From positions 1 through 64,000 of the forward strand of contig CBFGJV010000008.1 in NCBI GenBank assembly GCA_965649205.1: a DNA stretch of 64,000 bases, written 5' to 3'. The translations under genes were made by a program, and so were the position numbers. The notes under the pieces are model-generated. The model was not told the origin of the DNA. It was given only the letters and a program-made list of their open reading frames with translations, and ran no database searches. Shown here piece after piece: positions 51,286-60,932 of the stretch (position 1 is its first letter; the number at the start of each line of letters is the position of its first letter). This DNA comes from a candidate division WOR-3 bacterium (GTDB taxonomy: Bacteria > Hydrothermota > Tepidihabitantia > Tepidihabitantales > Tepidihabitantaceae).

Positions 51286-52293
51286 ATGCCTATGGAAGAG
51301 GTGCTTAAGGACGATATAAGGAAAGTACACGAAGAGATAGAGCGCGAGAGTGTTTTTGTGCAGGCGATTACAGCGGAAGTGAGCAAGGTAATCGTCGGAC
51401 AGAAGTACCTTGTGGAAAGGCTGCTTGTGGGTCTACTTGCCGACGGCCACATTTTGATTGAAGGTGTGCCGGGACTGGCAAAGACTTATGCGGTGAAGAC
51501 ATTGGCGCGGACGATTGCCACGAAGTTTGCGCGCATCCAATTTACGCCGGACCTGTTGCCTGCCGATATCATCGGCACGCAGGTTTACAATCAACGTACA
51601 GGAGAGTTTACCGCCCGCAAAGGGCCGGTGTTTGCGAATCTGGTTCTAGCGGACGAGATAAACCGCGCTCCGCCGAAAGTACAGTCTGCACTGCTGGAGG
51701 CGATGCAAGAGCGGCAGGTGACAATTGGTGAGGAAACTTTCAGGCTGGAAGAGCCTTTCCTTGTACTTGCTACCCAGAACCCCATAGAGCAGGAGGGAAC
51801 TTATCCTTTGCCCGAGGCGCAGACAGACAGGTTTCTTTTGAAACTACGCATAAGCTATCCTTCGCGGGATGAGGAGAAACGTATAATTGACCGGATGACG
51901 ACAGGGAAGGAACCGACAGCCGAACCGGTGGTAAAGCCTACAGCAATTCTGCGGGCAAGAGAGTTGGTGAATCGGATTTACATAGACGATAGGCTGAAGG
52001 ACTATGTTCTGAATCTGGTGTTTGCCACCAGATTTCCGCAGGACCACGGGCTGGCAGACTTGGCGCCGCTCATCCGCTATGGCGCCTCGCCACGCGCCTC
52101 CATATACCTTGTGACCGCGTCGCGAGCTTTGGCATTTCTCCGCCGTAGGGGCTTTGTAATTCCGGAGGATATCAAGGAGCTGGCGCCGGATGTGCTGCGG
52201 CACCGGGTAATACTTTCCTACGAAGCCGAAGCGCAGGAACTCACGCCTGACGATATTGTGCGACGAGTGCTGGAGCGCGTGGAGGTGCCGTAG
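51286..52293 (+). CDS. moxR: MoxR-family AAA+ ATPase
   Basis: EGVPGLAKT, RIQFTPDLLP, DEINRAPPKVQSALLEAM, ATQNPIEQEGTYPLPEAQ. Confidence 0.95.
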   Translation: MPMEEVLKDDIRKVHEEIERESVFVQAITAEVSKVIVGQKYLVERLLVGLLADGHILIEGVPGLAKTYAVKTLARTIATKFARIQFTPDLLPADIIGTQVYNQRTGEFTARKGPVFANLVLADEINRAPPKVQSALLEAMQERQVTIGEETFRLEEPFLVLATQNPIEQEGTYPLPEAQTDRFLLKLRISYPSRDEEKRIIDRMTTGKEPTAEPVVKPTAILRARELVNRIYIDDRLKDYVLNLVFATRFPQDHGLADLAPLIRYGASPRASIYLVTASRALAFLRRRGFVIPEDIKELAPDVLRHRVILSYEAEAQELTPDDIVRRVLERVEVP

Positions 52294-52324
52294 ACAGGCA
52301 GGACATATATTTCTCCGGGGTAGA

Positions 52325-53284
52325 ATGACAAGGACAGCACGGCAAAGGCCAGAAGCGGCAAACCGCCCAAAGGAAACAAATCCACTGGCGAAGGTGCGGG
52401 AAATAGAAATCCGCACCAAGCGGCTGGTGAACACGTTATTCTCTGGAGATTACAAATCCTCGTTTAAGGGCCGGGGCATAGAGTTCCTAGACCTACGGGA
52501 ATATCTCCCTGGGGACGACATCCGCACGATTGACTGGAAGGTAACGGCGCGCTATGGGCTGGCGCGGGGAGAAAGTTACCATCCGTTTGTTAAGAAGTAT
52601 GCGGAGGAAAGAGAGCTTATGGTAATGCTGGTGGTAGATGCCTCGGGGTCATGTCGTTTCGGGACTAAGAATCAGCTAAAACTGGAACTGGCGGCGCAGG
52701 TGGCAGCGACCTTGGCGTTTGCAGCAATACGGAATAACGACAAGGTAGGGCTGATTTTCTTTACCGACAAGGTGGAGCGGTATGTGCCGGGAAAGAAGGG
52801 TCGCTCGCATGTGTTGAGGCTTATCCGGGATATACTGTATTTCCAGCCAGAGGGTAGAGGAACCGATCCGGTACAAGCTTTGGAGTTTCTGATGAATGTG
52901 GTGAAGCGACGGGCTATCGTTTTCTTTATTTCTGATTTTGCAGGTAAAGGGTTCAGGCCGGAAGCGTTGCAGACGCCGCTAGGAATAGCCAGTCGTAGGC
53001 ACGATTTGGTGGCCATTTCGGTGACAGACCCGGCAGAGGAAGAGTTACCTGCGCTGGGGCTGGTGACGGTGGAAGATGCCGAGACCGGAATTTTGGCAAC
53101 AATTGATTCGAGCGATCCTGCGTTGCGCAGGGTGTTCGCGGAGACCCGGCAGGCACAGGAAGGAGCGGTGAAGAGAATGTTACGACGGTTGGGTGTAGAT
53201 TATGTAGCGTTGCGGACGAGCGAGGACTTTACTGCGCGTCTGCATAAGTTTTTTCAGGAGCGGGCCAGGCGGTATAGAGGATGA
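52325..53284 (+). CDS. DUF58 protein
   Basis: G.GIEF..REY.PGDDIR.IDWKVTAR, FISDF. Confidence 0.92.
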   Translation: MTRTARQRPEAANRPKETNPLAKVREIEIRTKRLVNTLFSGDYKSSFKGRGIEFLDLREYLPGDDIRTIDWKVTARYGLARGESYHPFVKKYAEERELMVMLVVDASGSCRFGTKNQLKLELAAQVAATLAFAAIRNNDKVGLIFFTDKVERYVPGKKGRSHVLRLIRDILYFQPEGRGTDPVQALEFLMNVVKRRAIVFFISDFAGKGFRPEALQTPLGIASRRHDLVAISVTDPAEEELPALGLVTVEDAETGILATIDSSDPALRRVFAETRQAQEGAVKRMLRRLGVDYVALRTSEDFTARLHKFFQERARRYRG

Positions 53285-54321
53285 GACTGGGAGGGAAGCG
53301 CAGTTCGGCGAAGTTCTGGCAGGTGGTATTGGGTGTCGTCTGGATTTGGGGAGGGGGTCTGGTTCTGGGTTCTGACTCGCTGTATGTTGGTTCGCAGTCT
53401 GGCGACACTGCGGCCGAATTTGCTTACCGGGTGGTGGAACGGGGACCGGTATCTGTGTCTGCCCGGGTATTGCCAAGTCGCAGCAGAAAACCTTTGACAG
53501 TGGGGGACAGGTTTCGGCTGGAGTTGACGGTGAAGCGTCACCGGAACCTGAAGATATCCGGGCCTTTTGCGGAGAGTCTGGGCGCATTTCTGGTGCTGGG
53601 GACTAAGCAGAGGGTAAGATATCAGGGGGATACGGTTGTTGATGTGCAGGAGTTGCAGTTGGCAGCTTTTGCGCCGGGAAAGCTTATGCTGCCGAGGTTT
53701 GTGGTTACTTTTGCCGATTCGGGAGAGCTGCGGGCGATAAGAAGCGAGAGTGTGGATATAGAGGTGAAGAGCGTGTTGTCCGAGAAAATGGAGGATATTA
53801 ACGACTTGAAGCCGCAGGCGCAATTCCCGAATCTTTTGCCTTTGTTCATTGCGCTGGGCGTAGGGGCGTTGGCAGGTTTGGGTTATGGAGGCTGGCGTTT
53901 ACAGAGGCTTTTGCGCAGTCGGAAGACGGAGGGTGAGCGGCTGGCTGAACCTTGGGAGGAGGCTTTGTCTGCTCTGGAAAAGCTTCCGGCGAGGGAGTGG
54001 ATTTCTGCCGGGCAGGTGAAGAGGTTTTATTACGCGGTTTCAGAGATTCTGAAGCGTTATTTGGCTCGGCGGTTTGGTTTTCCGGCTGTAGATGAGACGA
54101 CGAGCGAGGTGATTCAAGAGTTGAAAAGGGCTAAAGTGGAGTTGCGGGATGAGTTTGCCGATTTTTTTCGCCGGGCGGATATGGTGAAGTATGCTAAGTT
54201 GGTGCCGGAGCTGGCGGAGATGGAGGCGGTGGTGCCGACCGTGCGAAGTCTGATTGAGCGTACAAAAGTGGCAGGAGCGAGCGAGGTCGGGGCGCGTACA
54301 GAAGCAGGGCCGACGGTGTAG
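53281..54321 (+). CDS. Bat-operon membrane protein (BatD-like/DUF4381-like)
   Basis: Ig-like N-terminus, DINDLK, single TM, FY...S.ILKRY, ETTSE, ADMVKYA. Confidence 0.7.
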   Translation: MRLGGKRSSAKFWQVVLGVVWIWGGGLVLGSDSLYVGSQSGDTAAEFAYRVVERGPVSVSARVLPSRSRKPLTVGDRFRLELTVKRHRNLKISGPFAESLGAFLVLGTKQRVRYQGDTVVDVQELQLAAFAPGKLMLPRFVVTFADSGELRAIRSESVDIEVKSVLSEKMEDINDLKPQAQFPNLLPLFIALGVGALAGLGYGGWRLQRLLRSRKTEGERLAEPWEEALSALEKLPAREWISAGQVKRFYYAVSEILKRYLARRFGFPAVDETTSEVIQELKRAKVELRDEFADFFRRADMVKYAKLVPELAEMEAVVPTVRSLIERTKVAGASEVGARTEAGPTV

Positions 54322-54325
54322 AGTT

Positions 54326-55312
54326 ATGAGTTTTGCCCATCCCTGGTTTTTATTGCTGCTGATTGCGGTGCCGGCGTTATTTTTGTGGTTGGTGGTGAAG
54401 CGGCGGGGAGCTGTGATTTACAGCGACCTTTCTTTTCTTGCGGGTGCGCCTAACCGGGGGCGCTGGTGGGCGGTGGTTCCCGCCGGTCTCTGCAGTGTTT
54501 CACTTCTGTTTATGGTTGTGGCGCTGGCGAGGCCGCAGCGGGGACGGCGGTTTGAGGAGGTGGAGGCGCGAGGGGTGGATATAGTGTTGTGTATGGATAT
54601 TTCGGGTTCTATGCAGGCAGAGGATTTTTCGCCAAAGAATAGGCTGGCCGTGGCAAAGGAAAGGGCTAAGGAGTTTATTGCGAGGCGAAAAGGTGATAGG
54701 ATTGGTCTGGTGGTATTTTCAGCGACGAGCCTTACGCAGTGTCCGCTGACGCTGGACAAGAAAATTCTGGAAGAGCTTATTGACCGGCTGGATTTCGGAA
54801 TGCTGGAGGATGGAACGGCAATCGGGCTTGGGCTGGCTTCGGCTGTAGCGCGGTTGAAGGATTCGAAGGCGAAGGATCGGGTAATAATTTTGCTTACAGA
54901 TGGAGTGAATAATACCGGGGATATTGATCCGCTTACCGCAGCAGAGGCGGCGGCAAGTATGGGTATCAGGGTTTATACGATAGGCGTAGGTTCGAAGGGA
55001 GAGGTACCTTTTCCGGTGCAGTATGAGATATTCGGTCGGAGGGTGACTCGCTACCAGCGGGTGAGGATAGACCTAGATACGGAGACTTTGCAAAGGATAG
55101 CGGATATTACGGGAGGGAAGTTTTTCCTAGCCACAGATGGAGCCGGACTGGGGCAGATTTATGATGAGATCAGTCGAATGGAGCCGAGTACTTTCCGGGT
55201 TAGGCAGTACACGGTGCAGGAGGAAAGAGCAGGATTGCTGTTGTTGGCGGCGGTTGTTTTGGCGAGTGCGGGATTGGCGCTGGGAGAGACGGCGTTGCGG
55301 AGGTTGCCTTGA
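54326..55312 (+). CDS. batA: VWA protein BatA
   Basis: F.HPW.L, ALARPQ, MIDAS DISGS, GTAIG, LLTDG. Confidence 0.88.
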   Translation: MSFAHPWFLLLLIAVPALFLWLVVKRRGAVIYSDLSFLAGAPNRGRWWAVVPAGLCSVSLLFMVVALARPQRGRRFEEVEARGVDIVLCMDISGSMQAEDFSPKNRLAVAKERAKEFIARRKGDRIGLVVFSATSLTQCPLTLDKKILEELIDRLDFGMLEDGTAIGLGLASAVARLKDSKAKDRVIILLTDGVNNTGDIDPLTAAEAAASMGIRVYTIGVGSKGEVPFPVQYEIFGRRVTRYQRVRIDLDTETLQRIADITGGKFFLATDGAGLGQIYDEISRMEPSTFRVRQYTVQEERAGLLLLAAVVLASAGLALGETALRRLP

Positions 55313-56973
55313 TAAAGTGGGCGGAGCCGACATATCTGTGGTTACTTTTGCTGGTGCCGACGTTAGGAATGGCGAGTCTTGTCTGGGGTATTTTCATGCG
55401 GCGGCGGTTGTTACGCGCGGTGGATGCAAAGCTGGTGCCGGAGATTACAAGTAGTGTGGTGCCGGCGCTCGGAGTGGAAAAAAGGGTTTTGCTTCTCGGG
55501 GGACTGGCTTTTTTGATTGTGGCGGCGGCTAGGCCAAAGTGGGGGGAGAAGTTGCAGTTGTATAAGGGAAGAGGAGTTGATGTGGTTATTGCGCTTGATG
55601 CTTCGAAGTCTATGCTGGCAGAGGATGTAAAACCGAATAGGCTGGCGCGGGCGAAAGCGGAGTTGGGAGCGTTAATTGAGGGACTGGGCGGCAATGCGGT
55701 GGGGATTACGGCTTTTGCCGGGGATTGTTTTGTGATGTGTCCTTTAACGACGGATTTGGAGGCGGCGAAGTTGTTTCTGGATATTATCGAGCCGGATGCG
55801 ATGCCGGTGCCAGGGACCGATTTTGGCCGAGCGATTGATGTTTCAATGGGTTTGTTTAGTGTGCAGGAGAGGAAATATAAAGCCCTGGTGCTGGTGACGG
55901 ATGGTGAGGATTTGGGGAAGAATACGGCGCAGGCGATACAGCGAGCCGCAGAGGCGGGGGTGAGGATCTTTCCAGTGGCTTTTTCTACAGCAGAAGGGGG
56001 GGTGATTCCGGAGTATGATGAGAGAGGGAATTTGAAGTCGTATAAAAAGGACCGGCAGGGGCAGACGGTGATGTCGCGGATGAATGAGCGATTGCTTTTC
56101 TTGATGGCGCGAGCGACTGGGGGCAGGTTTATGCGGGTGGAAGGATTCTCCGCGGAGCGTCTGCTTGCAGAGCTGAATGCCATGGAGAAGAAAGAAATAG
56201 GCGGTGGAGCTTATGCGGAATATGTGGAAAGGTATCAGTTGTTTCTGGCGCTGGCGCTGGCGCTTTTTGGGGCAGGACTGGTTTTGTCGAATCGCAGGGG
56301 AAGCTGGTTGCCGGTGGAGTGGAGAAGAAGATGGGGGGGAAGAAAGTGGAAGTTTTTGGTGGCGGCCGCAGCTTTTTGCGTTCTGGGCGGCGCTGCGGCG
56401 CAGGCGGATGTGGGCGCTTTGATGCGAAAGGGGAACGGGTTGTATGCACGAGGAAAGTATGAGGAGGCGCTGGAGATGTATCAGCAGGCAGGGGTGCTGG
56501 AGCCGGATGCGACGGCTATTCGGTATAATTTGGGTAATACGTTGTACCGACTGGGGAAATATCAGGAAGCGGTGAAGGAACTGGAGCTGGCGGCAACGGA
56601 TAAGAACGCAAAGCGGCGGGCGGAGGCATTTTATAATATTGGCAATGCGTTGTATCGCTCCGGAGTGCTGGAGGGAGCGATAAAGGCATATATTTCCGCG
56701 CTGGTGTTGAATCCTGCTGACCGGCAGGCAAAGGAGAATCTGGAGTTTTGTTTGAAGAAAAGGGGGGAGGCACAGCGGGATTCTTCGCGGCAGGAGGGGG
56801 GGCAGAAGCAGTCGCAGCCACAGCAGTCTTCGGCGTCAAGGCCCGAGCCACAGATGAGCCGGGAGCAGGCAGAGCGAGTGCTGGAAGCGGTGGAGAGTAA
56901 GGAGAAGGAGGAGCAGAAGAAGAGGCAACAGCAGCTTTCCCGGCGGAGACGAGTGGTGGAGAAGGATTGGTGA
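55309..56973 (+). CDS. batB: Fused BatB (VWA) + BatC (TPR) protein
   Basis: ARPKWG, DASKS, VTDGED, then TMs, TPRs, Q-rich linker, terminal EKDW. Confidence 0.82.
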   Translation: MIKWAEPTYLWLLLLVPTLGMASLVWGIFMRRRLLRAVDAKLVPEITSSVVPALGVEKRVLLLGGLAFLIVAAARPKWGEKLQLYKGRGVDVVIALDASKSMLAEDVKPNRLARAKAELGALIEGLGGNAVGITAFAGDCFVMCPLTTDLEAAKLFLDIIEPDAMPVPGTDFGRAIDVSMGLFSVQERKYKALVLVTDGEDLGKNTAQAIQRAAEAGVRIFPVAFSTAEGGVIPEYDERGNLKSYKKDRQGQTVMSRMNERLLFLMARATGGRFMRVEGFSAERLLAELNAMEKKEIGGGAYAEYVERYQLFLALALALFGAGLVLSNRRGSWLPVEWRRRWGGRKWKFLVAAAAFCVLGGAAAQADVGALMRKGNGLYARGKYEEALEMYQQAGVLEPDATAIRYNLGNTLYRLGKYQEAVKELELAATDKNAKRRAEAFYNIGNALYRSGVLEGAIKAYISALVLNPADRQAKENLEFCLKKRGEAQRDSSRQEGGQKQSQPQQSSASRPEPQMSREQAERVLEAVESKEKEEQKKRQQQLSRRRRVVEKDW

Positions 56974-56981
56974 GGGACAAG

Positions 56982-58790
56982 ATGAGGGCACGGTTTCTGG
57001 GGTTTTGGGTTGTGGCGCTGGCGTGGGGCGCGTTTGCCGGGGAGTTGCATTTTTCGGCCGAGGTGGACCGCACGAGCGTTGGGCTGGGCGAGCAGTTACA
57101 GCTGATTGTGACTGTGCGGGGGAGTAATATCGGGAGCGTACCGCGGCCGCAGTTGCCGGATTTGCCCGATTTTGACAATCTGGGGAGCACCTCGTCGCAG
57201 TCCACGAATATTTCTTTCGTGAATGGCCGGATGAGTCAGGAGCAGAGTATTAGTTTTGTTTATTTCCTTGCTCCAAAGCGGGTGGGCACTTTCTCTATCG
57301 GGCCTTGTCGGTTGGAGTATAAGGGCCAGACCTATCAGACGCAGCCGATTACGATTACCGTGACTAAGGAAAGTCAAGCACCGCCGGCGAAACCACGACA
57401 GCGGACGCCTGCGCCGTTTGATCCTTTTGACTGGGACCCGTTTGGTCCGCCGCAAAGACAGAGGCAGGCGTCAGGCCGCATAGAGGATGACGTGCGGCTG
57501 GTGGCGGCAGCCGACCGCACGAGTGTGTATCAGGGCGAGCAGGTGACGGTGAGTTTTACGCTTTACACTCGGCGGCAAATTGCGAATCTGAGGCTGGTAG
57601 AGGTACCGAGTTTTGGTGGGTTCTGGGTGGAGAATCTTTATGATGCAAAGGAGTTGCAGTATCGGCTGCGAGAGTATGGCGGAAGGCAGTACGATGCCGC
57701 ATTGCTGAAGAAGGTGGCGTTGTTTCCCACGCAGGCAGGCGAGTTGCGGATCGGACCGATGAAGGTTGCTGGCGAGGCCGTTGCTTCGGGCGGGTTCTTT
57801 TTTCAGAGCGCGGAGCCCTTTGAGATTTCGTCGAGCCCGATAACGGTTACGGTGAAACCTTTGCCGGAGACAGGAAAGCCGGAGAGTTTTACTGGGGGCG
57901 TCGGCAGGTTTGAAGTGACGGCAAAGTTGTCTGGAGATAGCTCGACAGGAGGGGAGCCGGTGAATCTAATTGTACGGGTGACAGGGAGAGGTAATCTGCG
58001 GCTTTTGAGTGCGCCGAAGTTGCCTGCCATACCGGGGCTGCGCATTCTTAGTCCGGAGACGAAGGATAAGGTGGTAGAAGAGGGAGCCGGAGTTTCGGGT
58101 TATAGAGAGTTTGTTTTTCCGTTGCTGCCGCAGGTGGACGGAAAGTATGTGGTACCGGCGTTGGAGCTTGGTTTTTTTGACCCCGGTTCGGGAAATTACT
58201 ATGTGAGGAATACGCCGAGACTGGAGTTTACGGCGAGGGGCACAGCGGCCGCAGCGGCGATTGGGGAAGCAGAAGGCGGAGTGCGGGTACTTGGTTCTGA
58301 TATAAGGCATATCAAGGCTTTGCCGGGTGCGCGTAAGCCGGGCTGGAGTGCAAGTGCAGGGTGGTTACAGGTGGTGTTGTATCCGGCCGGAGTGGTGGTA
58401 CTGGTGTTGGGTTTGGTGCGGGCACAGTATTTGAGGAGGTTGGCAGAGGACCCAGGTTACGCGCGCAAGCTGCGATCAGGGAAGTTGGTGCGAAAGCGAC
58501 TGGCACAGGCGCAGAAGTTGCTGGGGGAAGGTAGAGAGAAGGATTTTTACGCGGCACTGGCGCAGGCGGTGCTTGGGTATGTAGGCGATAAGTTCAACTT
58601 GGAAGCGCAAGGAATGACGAGCGAGGGACTAGCCGTCAGCCTGCGGCAGAAGGGCGTGAACGAAACTGCAGTGAACGAAATTCTGGATATTGTGCAGGGT
58701 TGCGACGCGGCGCGGTTTTCTGTGGGCATGGCGAGTTGCTCCGCGGCTGAGCTTCTGGAGCGGGCGACGAAGGCGTTGGGGAAATTGTGA
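56982..58790 (+). CDS. batD: BatD family protein
   Basis: Signal peptide, Ig-like domains, FTGGVG.F, C-terminal TM. Confidence 0.85.
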   Translation: MRARFLGFWVVALAWGAFAGELHFSAEVDRTSVGLGEQLQLIVTVRGSNIGSVPRPQLPDLPDFDNLGSTSSQSTNISFVNGRMSQEQSISFVYFLAPKRVGTFSIGPCRLEYKGQTYQTQPITITVTKESQAPPAKPRQRTPAPFDPFDWDPFGPPQRQRQASGRIEDDVRLVAAADRTSVYQGEQVTVSFTLYTRRQIANLRLVEVPSFGGFWVENLYDAKELQYRLREYGGRQYDAALLKKVALFPTQAGELRIGPMKVAGEAVASGGFFFQSAEPFEISSSPITVTVKPLPETGKPESFTGGVGRFEVTAKLSGDSSTGGEPVNLIVRVTGRGNLRLLSAPKLPAIPGLRILSPETKDKVVEEGAGVSGYREFVFPLLPQVDGKYVVPALELGFFDPGSGNYYVRNTPRLEFTARGTAAAAAIGEAEGGVRVLGSDIRHIKALPGARKPGWSASAGWLQVVLYPAGVVVLVLGLVRAQYLRRLAEDPGYARKLRSGKLVRKRLAQAQKLLGEGREKDFYAALAQAVLGYVGDKFNLEAQGMTSEGLAVSLRQKGVNETAVNEILDIVQGCDAARFSVGMASCSAAELLERATKALGKL

Positions 58791-59557
58791 TGACAAAAGT
58801 AGTAGCGAGCTGGGTAGTTCTGGCATTGGTGTTGGGTGCAGGGGCGGTTTACGGTAGCCCGGGGATTGACTATTTTCAGGCCGGCAATGAGGCTTACGAG
58901 GTGGGAGATTTTGCTGGCGCAGTGGCACATTATGATAGTGCGGAGTTGTATATGCGGAGCGCTAATCTGTATTACAATCGAGGCAACGCCTATTTCAAAC
59001 TGGGGGCGCTGGGACGCGCCGTGGCGGATTACAATCGAGCGTATGTGCTGGCCCCGCAGGACGTAGACATCCGCCAGAATCTGCAGTTTGTGCGTGCGTA
59101 TCGGCCGGATAAGACACTGGTATTACCCAATCCGCTGGTGCAGTTGTTTACTACTTTTCTGCGTTTGGTTGATCTGCATACCGCCAAGTTGACTAATGGA
59201 GTTTTGTTCTTTCTGGCGCTGCTAGCGGTGGCTGTAGGTTTGGGGTGGCGGACACGCATAGCTTATGGCGTAGGTGCAGGGCTGGGGGTATTGTGGCTTT
59301 ATACGGATGCTTCGTGGCTGAGTTGGGCGGCAGAAGTGAGCCCGGCCCGAGCCGTGGTGGTGGAGTCAGAGCTTACTTTGCGTTCCGGTCCAGGCGAGGA
59401 GTATAAAGACCTTCTGGTGGTGCACGACGGGCTGGAGGTTTTGATTCGTTCTCGCCGGGGAAAGTATGTGCTGGTGCAGGCGCCGGGCGGAGAGGGTGGC
59501 TGGGTCGAGGCGGGGGCCGTGGAACAGATTTTTCCGCGGTCATTTCTGAAAGAGTGA
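58787..59557 (+). CDS. batE: BatE (TPR + SH3)
   Basis: YYNRGNAYFK TPR, TMs, LRSGPG..HDG..GWV. Confidence 0.85.
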   Translation: MMTKVVASWVVLALVLGAGAVYGSPGIDYFQAGNEAYEVGDFAGAVAHYDSAELYMRSANLYYNRGNAYFKLGALGRAVADYNRAYVLAPQDVDIRQNLQFVRAYRPDKTLVLPNPLVQLFTTFLRLVDLHTAKLTNGVLFFLALLAVAVGLGWRTRIAYGVGAGLGVLWLYTDASWLSWAAEVSPARAVVVESELTLRSGPGEEYKDLLVVHDGLEVLIRSRRGKYVLVQAPGGEGGWVEAGAVEQIFPRSFLKE

Positions 59558-59594
59558 CTATTGCCATACGGGCGAGGGTAGTTTAAAATATTCT

Positions 59595-60815
59595 GTGGCT
59601 GCTCATCATAGTTCCAGCCGGGGAAAGCAGCGGCCCAGTGAGTTCAAGCTGGATGCGGTCTTTGAGCTGGGCCGGTCTTTTTTGCAGGGTGATAACGAGA
59701 AGGTGGCGCACGAATTGTTTTTGCAGGTGTTGCGTTCTCAGCCGGATAATTTGCATTGTCGGTATCTGTCCACCGTTTGCGCCTTTCTTTTAGGAGACGA
59801 AGATACACTTGAAGATAATTGCGCTTATGTTCTGTCTGTCGCTCGGCGGCATCCCTATGCTGTAGCCTGCGAAGCAGTGCGTTATCTGTATCTGGGAAAT
59901 TACGAACGGGCCGAGTCGTTTTTGGAGCAGGCATTGCGGGCGTTGCCGCGTAATCCGGATATTTATCTGGGGCTGGTGCTGGTGCAGGAGTATCGGGGAG
60001 ATAGCGAGAAGGGTATAGAGAGTTGCAGAAAGCTTCTGGAGCTGGAGCCGGATTGCGCGCGAGCCCATCTGGCGTTGGGATCTTTTTGTGCCATGGAGGG
60101 CGATTTTGATGCTGCACTGGCTTCGTACCAGAGAGCCAGAGAGCTGGTGCCCGAGGTGGAGAATCCGCACATGCGTCTGGGCTGCGATTATTACTATAAC
60201 GGTCTTTTGGAGCAGGCTATGGCCGAGTTTGGCGTGGTAGTAGGGGAGGAGCCTGATTATCCTGCGGCTTATTTTTATTTGATGGACTGTCTGCGCCGTC
60301 TGGGTCGCACCGACGAGGCACTGGATGTTTATCGGGACATAAGGCAGCGTTTTGATCGATGTCCGGAGGAGACCGCGGGTCTGTTTGAACGATTTCAGAT
60401 GAAGAGGGAAACTGTGGTCGCACTAGAGAAGTTATGTCGCCGACGGCCCCGTTCCGCGGAGCTGCTTTTCCGGTTGAGTGTGGCGTATCGGGAAGCGGGG
60501 CGGCTGCAGGAGGCGCTGGCTACCGCGCAGAGGCTGGTGCGGCTGGCGCCCAAAGAAGCGGAGGTTCATAGTTTGCTCGCCGAGTTGTATTTCCGCCTGG
60601 AACAGTATCAGGCAGCAGCGAGGTCTGCCCGGCGTGCCATTCAGCTCAATCCGAACGCGCAGGAAAGTTATCTTGTGTTGGCCGATTCGCTTCTGTTTTT
60701 GGGAAGGCAGGACGAGTCTCACAAGGTGGTGCAGGAGATGGAGGCGGCGCGCCGGAAAGCCTGGGAAACATATCAGGCCCGTTTTTCCGGACAGGACCGT
60801 GTGGATAGGGAGTAG
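59595..60815 (+). CDS. TPR repeat protein
   Basis: Multiple TPR helical repeats; TTGCCA-N17-TAAAAT ends 5 nt before the GTG. Confidence 0.8.
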   Translation: MAAHHSSSRGKQRPSEFKLDAVFELGRSFLQGDNEKVAHELFLQVLRSQPDNLHCRYLSTVCAFLLGDEDTLEDNCAYVLSVARRHPYAVACEAVRYLYLGNYERAESFLEQALRALPRNPDIYLGLVLVQEYRGDSEKGIESCRKLLELEPDCARAHLALGSFCAMEGDFDAALASYQRARELVPEVENPHMRLGCDYYYNGLLEQAMAEFGVVVGEEPDYPAAYFYLMDCLRRLGRTDEALDVYRDIRQRFDRCPEETAGLFERFQMKRETVVALEKLCRRRPRSAELLFRLSVAYREAGRLQEALATAQRLVRLAPKEAEVHSLLAELYFRLEQYQAAARSARRAIQLNPNAQESYLVLADSLLFLGRQDESHKVVQEMEAARRKAWETYQARFSGQDRVDRE

Positions 60816-60932
60816 TTTGGCGGGTAGCTGCTAGGCCATCTGGGCTACTCCTGACTAGGAACAAGGGGAATCCTTTTTCTGTAACTAGGGTCTAAGCGCC
60901 ACTATGCGAAGTTGCAGAGAAAGGAGTCTATC

